Assembly: GCA_965204155.1 (NCBI GenBank)
Contig: OZ241971.1
Coordinates: 3,072,205 to 3,136,204, forward strand
Source: Candidatus Rariloculaceae bacterium
Lineage (GTDB): Bacteria; Pseudomonadota; Gammaproteobacteria; Steroidobacterales; Rariloculaceae
Length of the DNA stretch: 64,000 bases
Direction of reading: 5' to 3'
How positions within the stretch are numbered: position 1 is the first letter of the stretch; every line of letters starts with the position of its first letter. Below the pieces are notes generated by a model, which was not told the origin of the DNA, made no database searches, and worked only from the letters and a program-made list of their open reading frames with translations. This document shows positions 37,078 to 44,913 of the stretch, piece after piece. The translations under genes and the position numbers were made by a program.

Positions 37078-38253
37078 ATGTCATCTGGGAAGCAACCTCC
37101 CGGTCGGGTCCGGGACGCCATCATCAAGGTTTTCGAGGAGTCGGAAGCGCCGCTACGGATATCCGACATCGAGGCAGGTGTCTGCAATCAAATTGGCGAT
37201 ACCCCGACTTCGTCTATCAGGTCCTATATGAGGCTCAATACCCCGAAACTCTTCATCCGCGAGCAGCGAGGGGTTTATCGCGCGAGATCTCATCAGCCGA
37301 GCCCACGGCAACGATTCCTCGCGCCGGTCGATGCCAGGGAGCAGTCCTTTTCGTTCCAGCGGTCCGTCCTGCATCATGACGATTGCTTCTCGTGGCTGGA
37401 GGAGCCCCCCCCCAATTCGGTACATGCCATCGTGACGGACCCACCCTACGGTCTGCACGAATATACGGTTGAGCAGCAACGAAAACTGCGTGCCGGTAAG
37501 GGCGGCGTGTGGCGCATACCCCCATCCTTTGATGGTCACCGGAGATCGCCACTTCCCCGGTTTACGACGCTGGACAAGAATCAGCTTGGAGAGTTAAGGC
37601 AATTTTTCCTTGTGTGGGGAAAGATGGCCCATCGCGTGCTGGTACCTGGAGCCAACGTGATCGTAGCTTCCAATCCGCTGGTTTCCCATATTGTCGCGAT
37701 TGCGTTGTCCGAGGCTGGTCTAGAGCGGCGCGGCGAGATCATTCGTCTGACAATGACCATGCGAGGCGGCGACCGGCCCAAGGGTGCGCACGATGAGTTT
37801 CGTGACGTGAGCGTGATGCCGCGCTCGATGTGGGAGCCTTGGTTGGTTTTCAGAAAACCATTGGAGGGAAGGGTTCAGGACAACCTGAGAAAGTGGAAGA
37901 CGGGAGGATTTCGGCGTCCGGAGAAAGCGAAACCGTTCGGCGACGTGATTGCATCGTCGCCGACTCGGCGCGGTGAGAAGAATCTTGCCCCGCATCCCAG
38001 TTTGAAGCCGCAAGCGTTTCTTCGACAATTGGTCCGGGGCGTTCTGCCGCTAGGCGAGGGAACCGTGCTCGATACCTTCGCGGGCGCGGGGTCAACTTTG
38101 GCGGCAGGCAACGCTGTGGGCTACGACAGCATCGGAATTGAGCGGGACAGGGACTATTTTCAGATGGCCGTAGACTCAATTCCCGCGCTTACGTCTTACG
38201 CTACCAACAGCCCCACTAAGCCTTGTAGACCCAACTCTCACGCAGCTTCCTGA
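37078..38253 (+). CDS. Beta-class N6A/N4C DNA methyltransferase (N6_N4_Mtase type) with N-terminal winged-helix-like domain
   Basis: The track start is a TTG at 37072. I prefer the ATG at 37078. Motif IV IVTDPPYG precedes motif I VLDTFAGAGSTLAAG (beta order), and HPSLKPQAFL is present. The N-terminal ~75 aa (RVRDAIIKVFEESEAPLRISDIEAGV...IREQRGVYR) resemble a HARE/wHTH module. Locally lower GC. Confidence 0.85.
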   Translation: MSSGKQPPGRVRDAIIKVFEESEAPLRISDIEAGVCNQIGDTPTSSIRSYMRLNTPKLFIREQRGVYRARSHQPSPRQRFLAPVDAREQSFSFQRSVLHHDDCFSWLEEPPPNSVHAIVTDPPYGLHEYTVEQQRKLRAGKGGVWRIPPSFDGHRRSPLPRFTTLDKNQLGELRQFFLVWGKMAHRVLVPGANVIVASNPLVSHIVAIALSEAGLERRGEIIRLTMTMRGGDRPKGAHDEFRDVSVMPRSMWEPWLVFRKPLEGRVQDNLRKWKTGGFRRPEKAKPFGDVIASSPTRRGEKNLAPHPSLKPQAFLRQLVRGVLPLGEGTVLDTFAGAGSTLAAGNAVGYDSIGIERDRDYFQMAVDSIPALTSYATNSPTKPCRPNSHAAS

Positions 38254-38818
38254 TTCCATCGGCGTGGAGCGTCGCGGTTCTCGTCCCGAGTTCTCCCCGC
38301 GGGTTTCTGCGAAAGTCGTCCAGTGTCACCTCGCCAAGATACACCTCGGTGAATGTCATCGGACGCCGGTTTACGGCAGGTTCCGATTTGGTGTCAACCC
38401 TGTAAACAAACACGCACATCCACTGATTTCGCGCGCCATGGGTATCGACGGCACCACCTTTTTTTCGCGTCGTCTTGATTTCCACCCCTTGTTCACCCGC
38501 CTTGACCGAGTTATTTGCGTAGACGCCCTGAACCACTAGATCCGGATGGCCGTTGAAGTAGTTGTTTTCCACCAAGACCCGGGAATGCGTAGCCAAGCTG
38601 GACGTGAGCATATCGGACAAGACCCCCGACATGATCGCAGGTCTCAGCATGTCGTCCAATCGCTGCAGACCTTTCGCAATGAGATGTTCGTTTACGTCAT
38701 GGAAAAAGTCGTAGACATCCTGCAATGCTGAACGAAAGTCGTCCTTCCTGAGTTGGTACGGGAGTTCGATTTCCGGATTGAAGTTCGTCGGATTGACTGT
38801 GTTTCTTACTATTGGCAC
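38216..38818 (-). CDS. Putative type II restriction endonuclease (PD-(D/E)xK)
   Basis: 200 aa, convergent with the methyltransferase and overlapping its 3' end by 38 nt. Candidate catalytic motif GHPDLVV...(20 aa)...GVEIKTTRKK. I recognise no other family signature. Locally lower GC. Confidence 0.6.
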   Translation of the reverse strand: MPIVRNTVNPTNFNPEIELPYQLRKDDFRSALQDVYDFFHDVNEHLIAKGLQRLDDMLRPAIMSGVLSDMLTSSLATHSRVLVENNYFNGHPDLVVQGVYANNSVKAGEQGVEIKTTRKKGGAVDTHGARNQWMCVFVYRVDTKSEPAVNRRPMTFTEVYLGEVTLDDFRRNPRGELGTRTATLHADGIRKLRESWVYKA

Positions 38819-38903
38819 TACGCGTATGCCCCGGTGCGGATAAAGCGCAATCGCTGCCGCACGCCCTGAAAGCCTCCAAATCCGAAAGTCGGTCGTTTCC
38901 CCT

Positions 38904-39812
38904 TCACTCCACCGGCTGCGGCGGCAGCGAGCGCAGGTACACCACCAGCGCGTCCAGGTCCTCTTCGGTCATGTTCCGGTAGTACTGGAATGCCATGCTC
39001 TCCAGAATTTGACGGCCGTCGGGGCGGATGCCGTCGGTGATGGCGAGTTTGATTTCCTCGTCCGTCCATTCGCCGATACCGAGCGTCGGATGCGATGTCA
39101 CGTTTGCGGAAATCACCGAGTAACCGAGCCCGAAGAGGTTCGGATAAGTGTTGCCGCCCAATCCAATGCGGCTGAAATCGTGCACGCCTTCAACAATGGG
39201 CGTGTGACACTCGGTGCAATGGCCCAGGGCGACGGCAACGTAGGTACCGTAGGCGAGGGGGTCGTCGGGGGAAACATCGGGAACCGATTCGACAGGAGGC
39301 CCCCAATCGGGCGGTAGCGGCACCCGGTACTCGCTCTTCGGCACCACCCGGTTCACCGGCGCCGCGTTACGCAGGTAGGCCACGATCGCACGCACGTCCG
39401 TATCCGAAATATCGCGGTACCAGGGCGTCGGCATCGGCGGACCGATGATGGTCCCATCCGGTCGGAACCCCTCGCGAATTGCCCGCATGATCTCTTCGTC
39501 GCTCCAGGTGCCGATGCCTGTCGCCTCATCCATCGTAATGTTGGGCGCATACGCCTTGAACGCGGGCTCCTCAATGACAAACGCGCCGCCCAGATGGAGG
39601 TTTTCGATGGGCGTGCCGTCGGACCTCTTGGGCGTGTGGCAGTTGCCGCAGGCGCCAATGCTCTCCATGAGGTAGGTGCCGCGCGCGAGCAATTCGTCGG
39701 GTTCCTGGGCGAATGCCAGGGGACCGCAAGCCAGAATCGTGAGGCCGGCCGCGACGGTTCCCGCCCGGGCAGCGACTCTTTCAATCAATCCAGTCTCCAT
39801 CAGGGTCTCCAT
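38904..39812 (-). CDS. Di-heme c-type cytochrome (dehydrogenase cytochrome-c-subunit-like)
   Basis: 302 aa with signal peptide ...ACGPLAFAQ. Two CxxCH motifs (CGNCHTP, CTECHTP). An alternative ATG exists at 39800. It lies 13 nt downstream of the hydrolase stop. Confidence 0.88.
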   Translation of the reverse strand: METLMETGLIERVAARAGTVAAGLTILACGPLAFAQEPDELLARGTYLMESIGACGNCHTPKRSDGTPIENLHLGGAFVIEEPAFKAYAPNITMDEATGIGTWSDEEIMRAIREGFRPDGTIIGPPMPTPWYRDISDTDVRAIVAYLRNAAPVNRVVPKSEYRVPLPPDWGPPVESVPDVSPDDPLAYGTYVAVALGHCTECHTPIVEGVHDFSRIGLGGNTYPNLFGLGYSVISANVTSHPTLGIGEWTDEEIKLAITDGIRPDGRQILESMAFQYYRNMTEEDLDALVVYLRSLPPQPVE

Positions 39813-39825
39813 GCTCCTCGGGCGA

Positions 39826-41253
39826 TCACCTCGGCGACAACATGAAGTCCATCAGCTCTTCCTCGAGCAACCGGTCGCGGGTGCCGACCGCGGACACGTA
39901 CGATATGTGCCCGTGCCCCGGCATCTGCCGCAGCCGCGGCTGCGCGCCGAAGTCCTCGATGAGCCGGGTCAACAGTTGCGCGGTGGAGCGGTGGAAGCCA
40001 CGCGGATCGAACTCCGCCAAGGTAATCAGCACCGGTATCGAGCCCGTTTCGATATTGTCCAGCACACGCATTTCCGCCAGCGTCCGGCCGTCGACGTCAT
40101 AGTAGGCGGAACCGACCTCGTCCGGCGCACCGGGCAACTGCAGCGCCGGCGAAGCGAGAATGGCGCCGGTCACGCGATCGCCCTGCGTGGACGAAAGGCT
40201 CGGCCGAAACACGTAGTTGGCCACATGGTTGCCGCCGGCGGAATGGCCATAGAGGTAAAGCTGGTCAGGGTTTCCCCGATAGTCGCCGATTTTGGCATGA
40301 ATCCATTCCACCGCCGCGTGGACGGCTTCGGCGCCGCTGGGCCAGGTGTGTTCCGGCGCCAGCGGATAGGTCATGTTCACCGCGACGAATCCCAGGCCGG
40401 CGAAGTGTGTCGCCACGTGCGCCAGGTTGTTCAGGTCCCCGCGCGAGAAGCCGCCGCCGTGCACCAGCAGGATGATGGGCGCCCCCACGCCCGGCGAATT
40501 GCGGTTGTTACCCTCGTAGACCCTGAGCCGATGCCCCTCTTCCGGGCCGTAGGCGATTTCGTCCGATACCGTGACGTCGGCTGCCCCGAAGGCACGCGGA
40601 GCGTCGGCGTAGATGGCCGCGGTCGCCGCGGGATCGACGGCGGGACCGATTTCGCGATTGGCTTCGCGAGCCGCCGTGGTCATGCCGCTGCGCAGGCTGT
40701 TGGCGTTGTAGGTCGGCATCTCGTCGGTTTCCGACCAGCGCCAGCGCTGCCGATAGGATGCGTTGGCCGTGCACCGTTCAAGGGTTATGGCCCTGGACGA
40801 ATAGGGCGGCACGGTGCCGATGGACGTATTGACGAAGACCCGTTCGGCCGCCAGCGTGAGGCACTGCCTGGAATCCGCCGCGGGGGTGACACGGCCATCG
40901 GCATGGACCTCCCACGGGTGGGCATCGCCGCAGTCGATGGAATTGACGACCGCGCTGCCGGCCTCCATCGAGTCGGCGGAAAGGCAGCGGTCGTAGTTGA
41001 CCAGCCGGAGCTTGCCGTCCGCGTGCTCGAAGATCTCATCGACATCGAATCCGGGCAGACTGTACTTGCAGGTATGAGTGGTGATCGGCGCGTCGATCTG
41101 CATTCGGGCCCCGAAGCCGGGGATGTCCAGGCAGTAGCCGCGCGGGTCCTCAAGCTCGTAAAAGGAGCGCAGGAACATCGACTGGGAAAACGCCTGGAGT
41201 GGCATGCCCATAAGCACGGCGGTCAAGGTCACGGTAACAGTGCGAATATTCAT
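39826..41253 (-). CDS. Secreted ricin-B-lectin-like domain + alpha/beta-hydrolase (esterase/lipase)
   Basis: ORF 39826..41301, trimmed to MNIRTVTVTLTAVLMGMPLQAFSQ (GGAGA upstream). The N-terminal Cys-rich region with (Q)xW-like RQRWRW resembles a ricin-B lectin fold. The C-terminal half has LLVHGGGF (oxyanion HGGG) and YGHSAGG (nucleophile elbow). Confidence 0.8.
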   Translation of the reverse strand: MNIRTVTVTLTAVLMGMPLQAFSQSMFLRSFYELEDPRGYCLDIPGFGARMQIDAPITTHTCKYSLPGFDVDEIFEHADGKLRLVNYDRCLSADSMEAGSAVVNSIDCGDAHPWEVHADGRVTPAADSRQCLTLAAERVFVNTSIGTVPPYSSRAITLERCTANASYRQRWRWSETDEMPTYNANSLRSGMTTAAREANREIGPAVDPAATAAIYADAPRAFGAADVTVSDEIAYGPEEGHRLRVYEGNNRNSPGVGAPIILLVHGGGFSRGDLNNLAHVATHFAGLGFVAVNMTYPLAPEHTWPSGAEAVHAAVEWIHAKIGDYRGNPDQLYLYGHSAGGNHVANYVFRPSLSSTQGDRVTGAILASPALQLPGAPDEVGSAYYDVDGRTLAEMRVLDNIETGSIPVLITLAEFDPRGFHRSTAQLLTRLIEDFGAQPRLRQMPGHGHISYVSAVGTRDRLLEEELMDFMLSPR

Positions 41254-41300
41254 TCTTCTATCTCCACGAAAAACTGGTTCCTGGCGGGTCGGGCGCCACA

Positions 41301-42326
41301 CTAGCCCTCATCGCACTCGTACGGCTCGATTCGAACATCGGGAAGCCACACCCAGGACTTGTCCATGACCACCGGTTCGGAAAAGGTGGCCGGATCGATT
41401 ACGGTGATCTCGTAGGCGAGTCTGCTGGCGTTTTCGCCGGGCGTGAATCTCTCGATAATCTCAACTTCATCGCTGAGGGGAATGCCGTTGGTGGTGAAGT
41501 ACCCATAGTCGATCGCCGTGGTCTCCACCACCAGTGTGTCGCCCTCCCAACGGCCGGTGGAGTGTCCGAGAATCGACGGCTCCGGACTCTCCTCCTGCGA
41601 TTCCATGTAGATCATGCGGCGCAGGTCGTACTCCTCGAGTCTGAGCACGATGGTGTCGCCCTCATCCACGAACTCGATGGGGTAGGGCGCTCCCATGATG
41701 GGGGGCATGCCCTTCAGGCCGCAGTTCAGGAGCGGGTCGTCGACCAGCGGATCGTATGCCTCAAAACTGGTGCGGGCGGCGTCCGTCAACGGGTATTCAC
41801 TGAGCCAGAAGAAGCCCTCGCCGCCGGCAAGCGTTGTGCTCCACACCTTGAAAATACCCAGTTCGGCGCCCGACGTATCTCCAGCCTCGGCGAACCACCG
41901 GTCGTTGGTTCCCCAGAGACGGTCCGACCACCTCAGGTCCGCAGGTTCGGGGCTGAACCGGAAGACGAACTCTTCACCGCTGGGCAACAGCATGTTATTG
42001 ACAAACAGGCCACGGGGCGAGCGCAGTGCGGGCCAGCCCGCGGCCGTGACCCGATCGCCGATCTCGACGAACGGGTCGGCGGCGGCCAGGCGGCGCATGA
42101 TGCTCAGCGAGTGGGTCTCGACTTCCCACTCTTCCTGTTCGCCATTCTCACCGGCCACCGTCATCGTGAATTTGACGTGGGGATTGCGCCAGTGAATCCT
42201 GGTGATTTCACCCTCCACCTCGATCGTCGTGCCGGGGTCGAAGTTTCCTCCCACGCTGTGATGTGCCAATGCCCCGAGCGACATCGCGCCTGCGGCTGTG
42301 AAGCCGGCGATCATTCGAATCCACAT
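41301..42326 (-). CDS. Secreted fused HH-module + barrel-module protein, unknown function
   Basis: ORF 41301..42428, trimmed to the ATG at 42326 (GGAGA 8 nt upstream): MWIRMIAGFTAAGAMSLGALA|HHSVGGNFDPGTTIEVEGEITRIHWRNPHVKFTMTV. C-terminal half: LNCGLKGMPPIMGAPYPIEF...GHSTGRWEGDTLVVETTAI...EPYECDE. Confidence 0.8.
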   Translation of the reverse strand: MWIRMIAGFTAAGAMSLGALAHHSVGGNFDPGTTIEVEGEITRIHWRNPHVKFTMTVAGENGEQEEWEVETHSLSIMRRLAAADPFVEIGDRVTAAGWPALRSPRGLFVNNMLLPSGEEFVFRFSPEPADLRWSDRLWGTNDRWFAEAGDTSGAELGIFKVWSTTLAGGEGFFWLSEYPLTDAARTSFEAYDPLVDDPLLNCGLKGMPPIMGAPYPIEFVDEGDTIVLRLEEYDLRRMIYMESQEESPEPSILGHSTGRWEGDTLVVETTAIDYGYFTTNGIPLSDEVEIIERFTPGENASRLAYEITVIDPATFSEPVVMDKSWVWLPDVRIEPYECDEG

Positions 42327-42486
42327 ACCATTGATCTCCTCTTTGAGCATGTGTTCCCTAGCTTTACAGGCCTTCTTGCCTACCGAACCGTGCAGCCCGC
42401 CCAACGGATTTGCCGTATGTCCGATCACTGGAGTAGGCTAGCATTCTGGCGACCGGAACGTTGCGCTGTTTGTGAGGAATTATAGG

Positions 42487-43173
42487 ATGCTCTCACCACG
42501 AGTAAACCATCTGCGATTGCGGAGCCCGATTTCGGCTGCCGCTGTTGTTGCCCTGGCCTGTGCGTTAATGGCGGGACCAGCAGCTGCCCAGGCCGACTTC
42601 GAAGGCATCTGGAATCCGAGTCACCCACGCATGATGGGTCAGCCGGATCCGAGCACCGTCAGGCTGACGCCCGCCGGTCAGGCCGAATTCGACAGCTTCT
42701 CCCCCGACAAGGACCCGACGCTGCGTTGCCTGATGCCCGGGATTCCGCTGGGGTTGGTGGACCCCTATCCCATCGAGATCGTCCAGCAGGAGCACCAGAT
42801 CCTGATCCTCTACGAGCACTTTCACCAGGTGCGCCGTATCTTCATGGACGGAAGGGAGGCGCCTGACCACTGGCTGCCGTCCTATATCGGTTATTCCACG
42901 GGCGAGTGGGATGGCGACACCCTGGTGATTCGTACCACGCACATGCATCCCGACAACTACATGTGGACCGCAGGGTTCCCGTTTTCCGGCGACGAGAACA
43001 CATACGCCATCGAGCGCTGGTGGCGCGAGGGCGACGTGCTGCAGTTCACCGGCGAGGTGCATGATCCGACCTACTACGAGGAACCCTACGTGGTAAACGG
43101 ACTCTGGAATTACGCTCCCGACGGAGAGATATGGGAATACGAGTGCATTCCCGAGTTCGGCGGAATCGAGTGA
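42487..43173 (+). CDS. Secreted barrel-module protein (stand-alone), unknown function
   Basis: ORF 42472..43173, trimmed to the ATG at 42487. Signal peptide ...ALMAGPAAAQA. Motifs DFEGIW, LRCLMPGIPLGLVDPYPIEI...GYSTGEWDGDTLVIRTTHM...WEYECIP. Confidence 0.8.
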   Translation: MLSPRVNHLRLRSPISAAAVVALACALMAGPAAAQADFEGIWNPSHPRMMGQPDPSTVRLTPAGQAEFDSFSPDKDPTLRCLMPGIPLGLVDPYPIEIVQQEHQILILYEHFHQVRRIFMDGREAPDHWLPSYIGYSTGEWDGDTLVIRTTHMHPDNYMWTAGFPFSGDENTYAIERWWREGDVLQFTGEVHDPTYYEEPYVVNGLWNYAPDGEIWEYECIPEFGGIE

Positions 43174-43183
43174 GGAGGGATTA

Positions 43184-43612
43184 ATGAAACATTTGGCAAC
43201 CCTGGGATTATCCGCATCGCTCGTGCTGCTGGCCGGCCTGCCGGTCGCGGCGCACCATAACGGCGCCACGTATTTCGATACGTCCACGACCATCGAGCAC
43301 AGCGGCGCCACGGTGGTGGAGTACGCGATCGTCAATCCCCACGGACGGCTCCACTACACCTTCACCGACGCCGACGGCAACGAACAGGAGTGGAGCGCGG
43401 AGTTGGCCAGCGCCAACAACCTGCGCCGCAGGGGTTTGGGCGGCGAGATTTTCGAGCCGGGCGACCAACTGGTGTCCGTGTCCGGCAATCCGAGCCGCAG
43501 CGGCGCAAACTTCATGCGCCTGGAGAGTGCCGAGTTTGCCGACGGTACCGTGGCTAACTTTTCCGGCCCCAATCGGGGAATCATTCCGGGGCCGGGGCGC
43601 GAGGCACAGTAA
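43184..43612 (+). CDS. Secreted HH-module protein (stand-alone), unknown function
   Basis: 142 aa with GGAGGG upstream. MKHLATLGLSASLVLLAGLPVAA|HHNGATYFDTSTTIEHSGATVVEYAIVNPHGRLHYTF. The start is 10 nt after the previous stop. Confidence 0.8.
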   Translation: MKHLATLGLSASLVLLAGLPVAAHHNGATYFDTSTTIEHSGATVVEYAIVNPHGRLHYTFTDADGNEQEWSAELASANNLRRRGLGGEIFEPGDQLVSVSGNPSRSGANFMRLESAEFADGTVANFSGPNRGIIPGPGREAQ

Positions 43613-43627
43613 CAAGGGGGTCGGGAG

Positions 43628-44839
43628 ATGAATTTCCGAAACGTATTGCTGGCGGGTCTGGCTGCCGCCGTGTGGCCGGGAGGAATGGCCTGGGCGCAGG
43701 AGGGGCCAGGCGGGGGGTTGACTCCGATTGACGCCCGCTTCGTGGAAGCGCCGGGACTTGGCGTGCAGATTCCCGACATCACCATCGTCGACGACCAGGG
43801 CAATCCTGCCAACATCCGCGAGCTGGCCCGGCGCAAGCCCTATACGGTGCTGACGCTGGGCTGTCTCACGTGACCCCCCTTCCTGCGTAACGTCCCCGGT
43901 CTGGAGACGGTCAAAGTCGATTACGCCCCCAAGGGCGTGCAGTTCTTCTATATCTACAAGCCCCTGGCGCATCCCGAACTCGACAACTACGTCAGCCCTT
44001 TCAGCATCGAGGAGCGCCTGATGCACGTGGCCGAGGCGAAACGGCGCCTGGGCACCAGCGTATCGTGGCTGGCGGACACCATGGACAACGCCTACCACGA
44101 GATGGTGGGCAAGACGCCCAACAGCGAGTTCGTGCTGGACGCCGACGGAAACATCGTCGCGCGCCGGGCGTGGAGCGATCCCGAGGCGCTGCGGGCGGAC
44201 ATGGAGCGCCTGGTGGGTGCCGTCGAGAAGCCCACGGCCGTTGCAGATCTCGATCTTCCCGCCCAACCGCCGATCCCGACGGTGGCCAAGGGCATCGTGG
44301 CCAGGGTACCGAAGCCGGAAGGCGCGCTGCCCATGGAGATCGAACCGCAGACCGGGTCGACGGACATTCCCTTCTACGCCAAGCTGCGCGCCGAGGGCAC
44401 TCCGGAGTTGTTCCGGACTGGTAAGGGCACGATGTACCTCGGATTCCACCTGGACCCGCTGTACCGGGTCCACTGGAACAACGAGACCGATCCGGTGGAA
44501 TTCCGGATCGACGCTCCGGCGGGAGTCTCGGTGGACCCGGCCCATGGCGCCGGCGTGGATCCCGAGGAGCCCGCCGATGCCGACCCGCGGGAGTTTCTCG
44601 TCGAAGTCGACGGGCAGCCCGGCGACACCCTGGGTCTACGCGTTCAGTACTTTGCGTGCGACGATGCGCTGACGTTTTGCATCCCTGTGCGCCAGGACTA
44701 CAGGGTGCATCTCATGCGGGATGAAAACCACGACTGGAGTATCCGCACGGCGCCCGACGGTTCGGTGGACCTGAGGCTACCAGGCGGTGGCACGATGCGC
44801 CGGGCCACAGGCGGTCCTCCGCCTCAGGACGGCGATTAG
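43628..44839 (+). CDS. Candidate periplasmic selenoprotein: deiodinase-like thioredoxin-fold domain (C-L-T-U-P-P-F) + C-terminal DsbD-alpha-like domain. The in-frame TGA at 43871-43873 is read as Sec.
   Basis: Track ORFs 43628..43873 and 43937..44839 are in the same frame. The 63 nt between them are open (PPFLRNVPGLETVKVDYAPKG). The joined sequence reads ...KPYTVLTLGCLT-U-PPFLRNVPG...GVQFFYIYKPLAHPELDNY, matching the deiodinase active-site layout (FGS(C/A)TUPPF ... YI.EAHP). Signal peptide MNFRNVLLAGLAAAVWPGGMAWAQ. GGGAG lies upstream of the ATG. A hairpin follows the TGA. Confidence 0.7.
43885..43926 (+). promoter_or_regulatory. Candidate bacterial SECIS element
   Basis: The outer helix is GCGUAA (43885-90) paired with UUACGC (43921-26). 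The inner hairpin is CGUCCC-CGGUCU-GG(A)GACG (43891-43909). Its apical loop CGGUCU carries GGU about 28-30 nt after the U of UGA, comparable to the E. coli fdhF SECIS loop AGGUCU. Confidence 0.5.
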
Positions 44840-44913
44840 CAAGCGCGGATTCGAGTTTCAGCAAGGTCGGGACTGCCGCGGAAATCCTGCCGGCAAGTCT
44901 ACCGAATGCGCGA

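Noticed and set aside
36966-38903. The R-M island as a mobile element (IS, integron cassette, MITE-flanked unit)
   Set aside because: I could not see a transposase, integrase, attC-like site, terminal inverted repeats or target-site duplication in the flanks. It is reported only as a compositionally distinct island.
43628-44839. Treating 43628..43873 and 43937..44839 as two separate genes, or as a nonsense-mutated pseudogene
   Set aside because: The stop falls exactly at the catalytic position of a conserved CxxU / T-U-PPF motif. The downstream frame stays open. The second ORF would start at a GTG with no SD in the middle of a thioredoxin fold. A SECIS-like hairpin follows. The pseudogene reading remains the formal alternative if the genome lacks Sec machinery.
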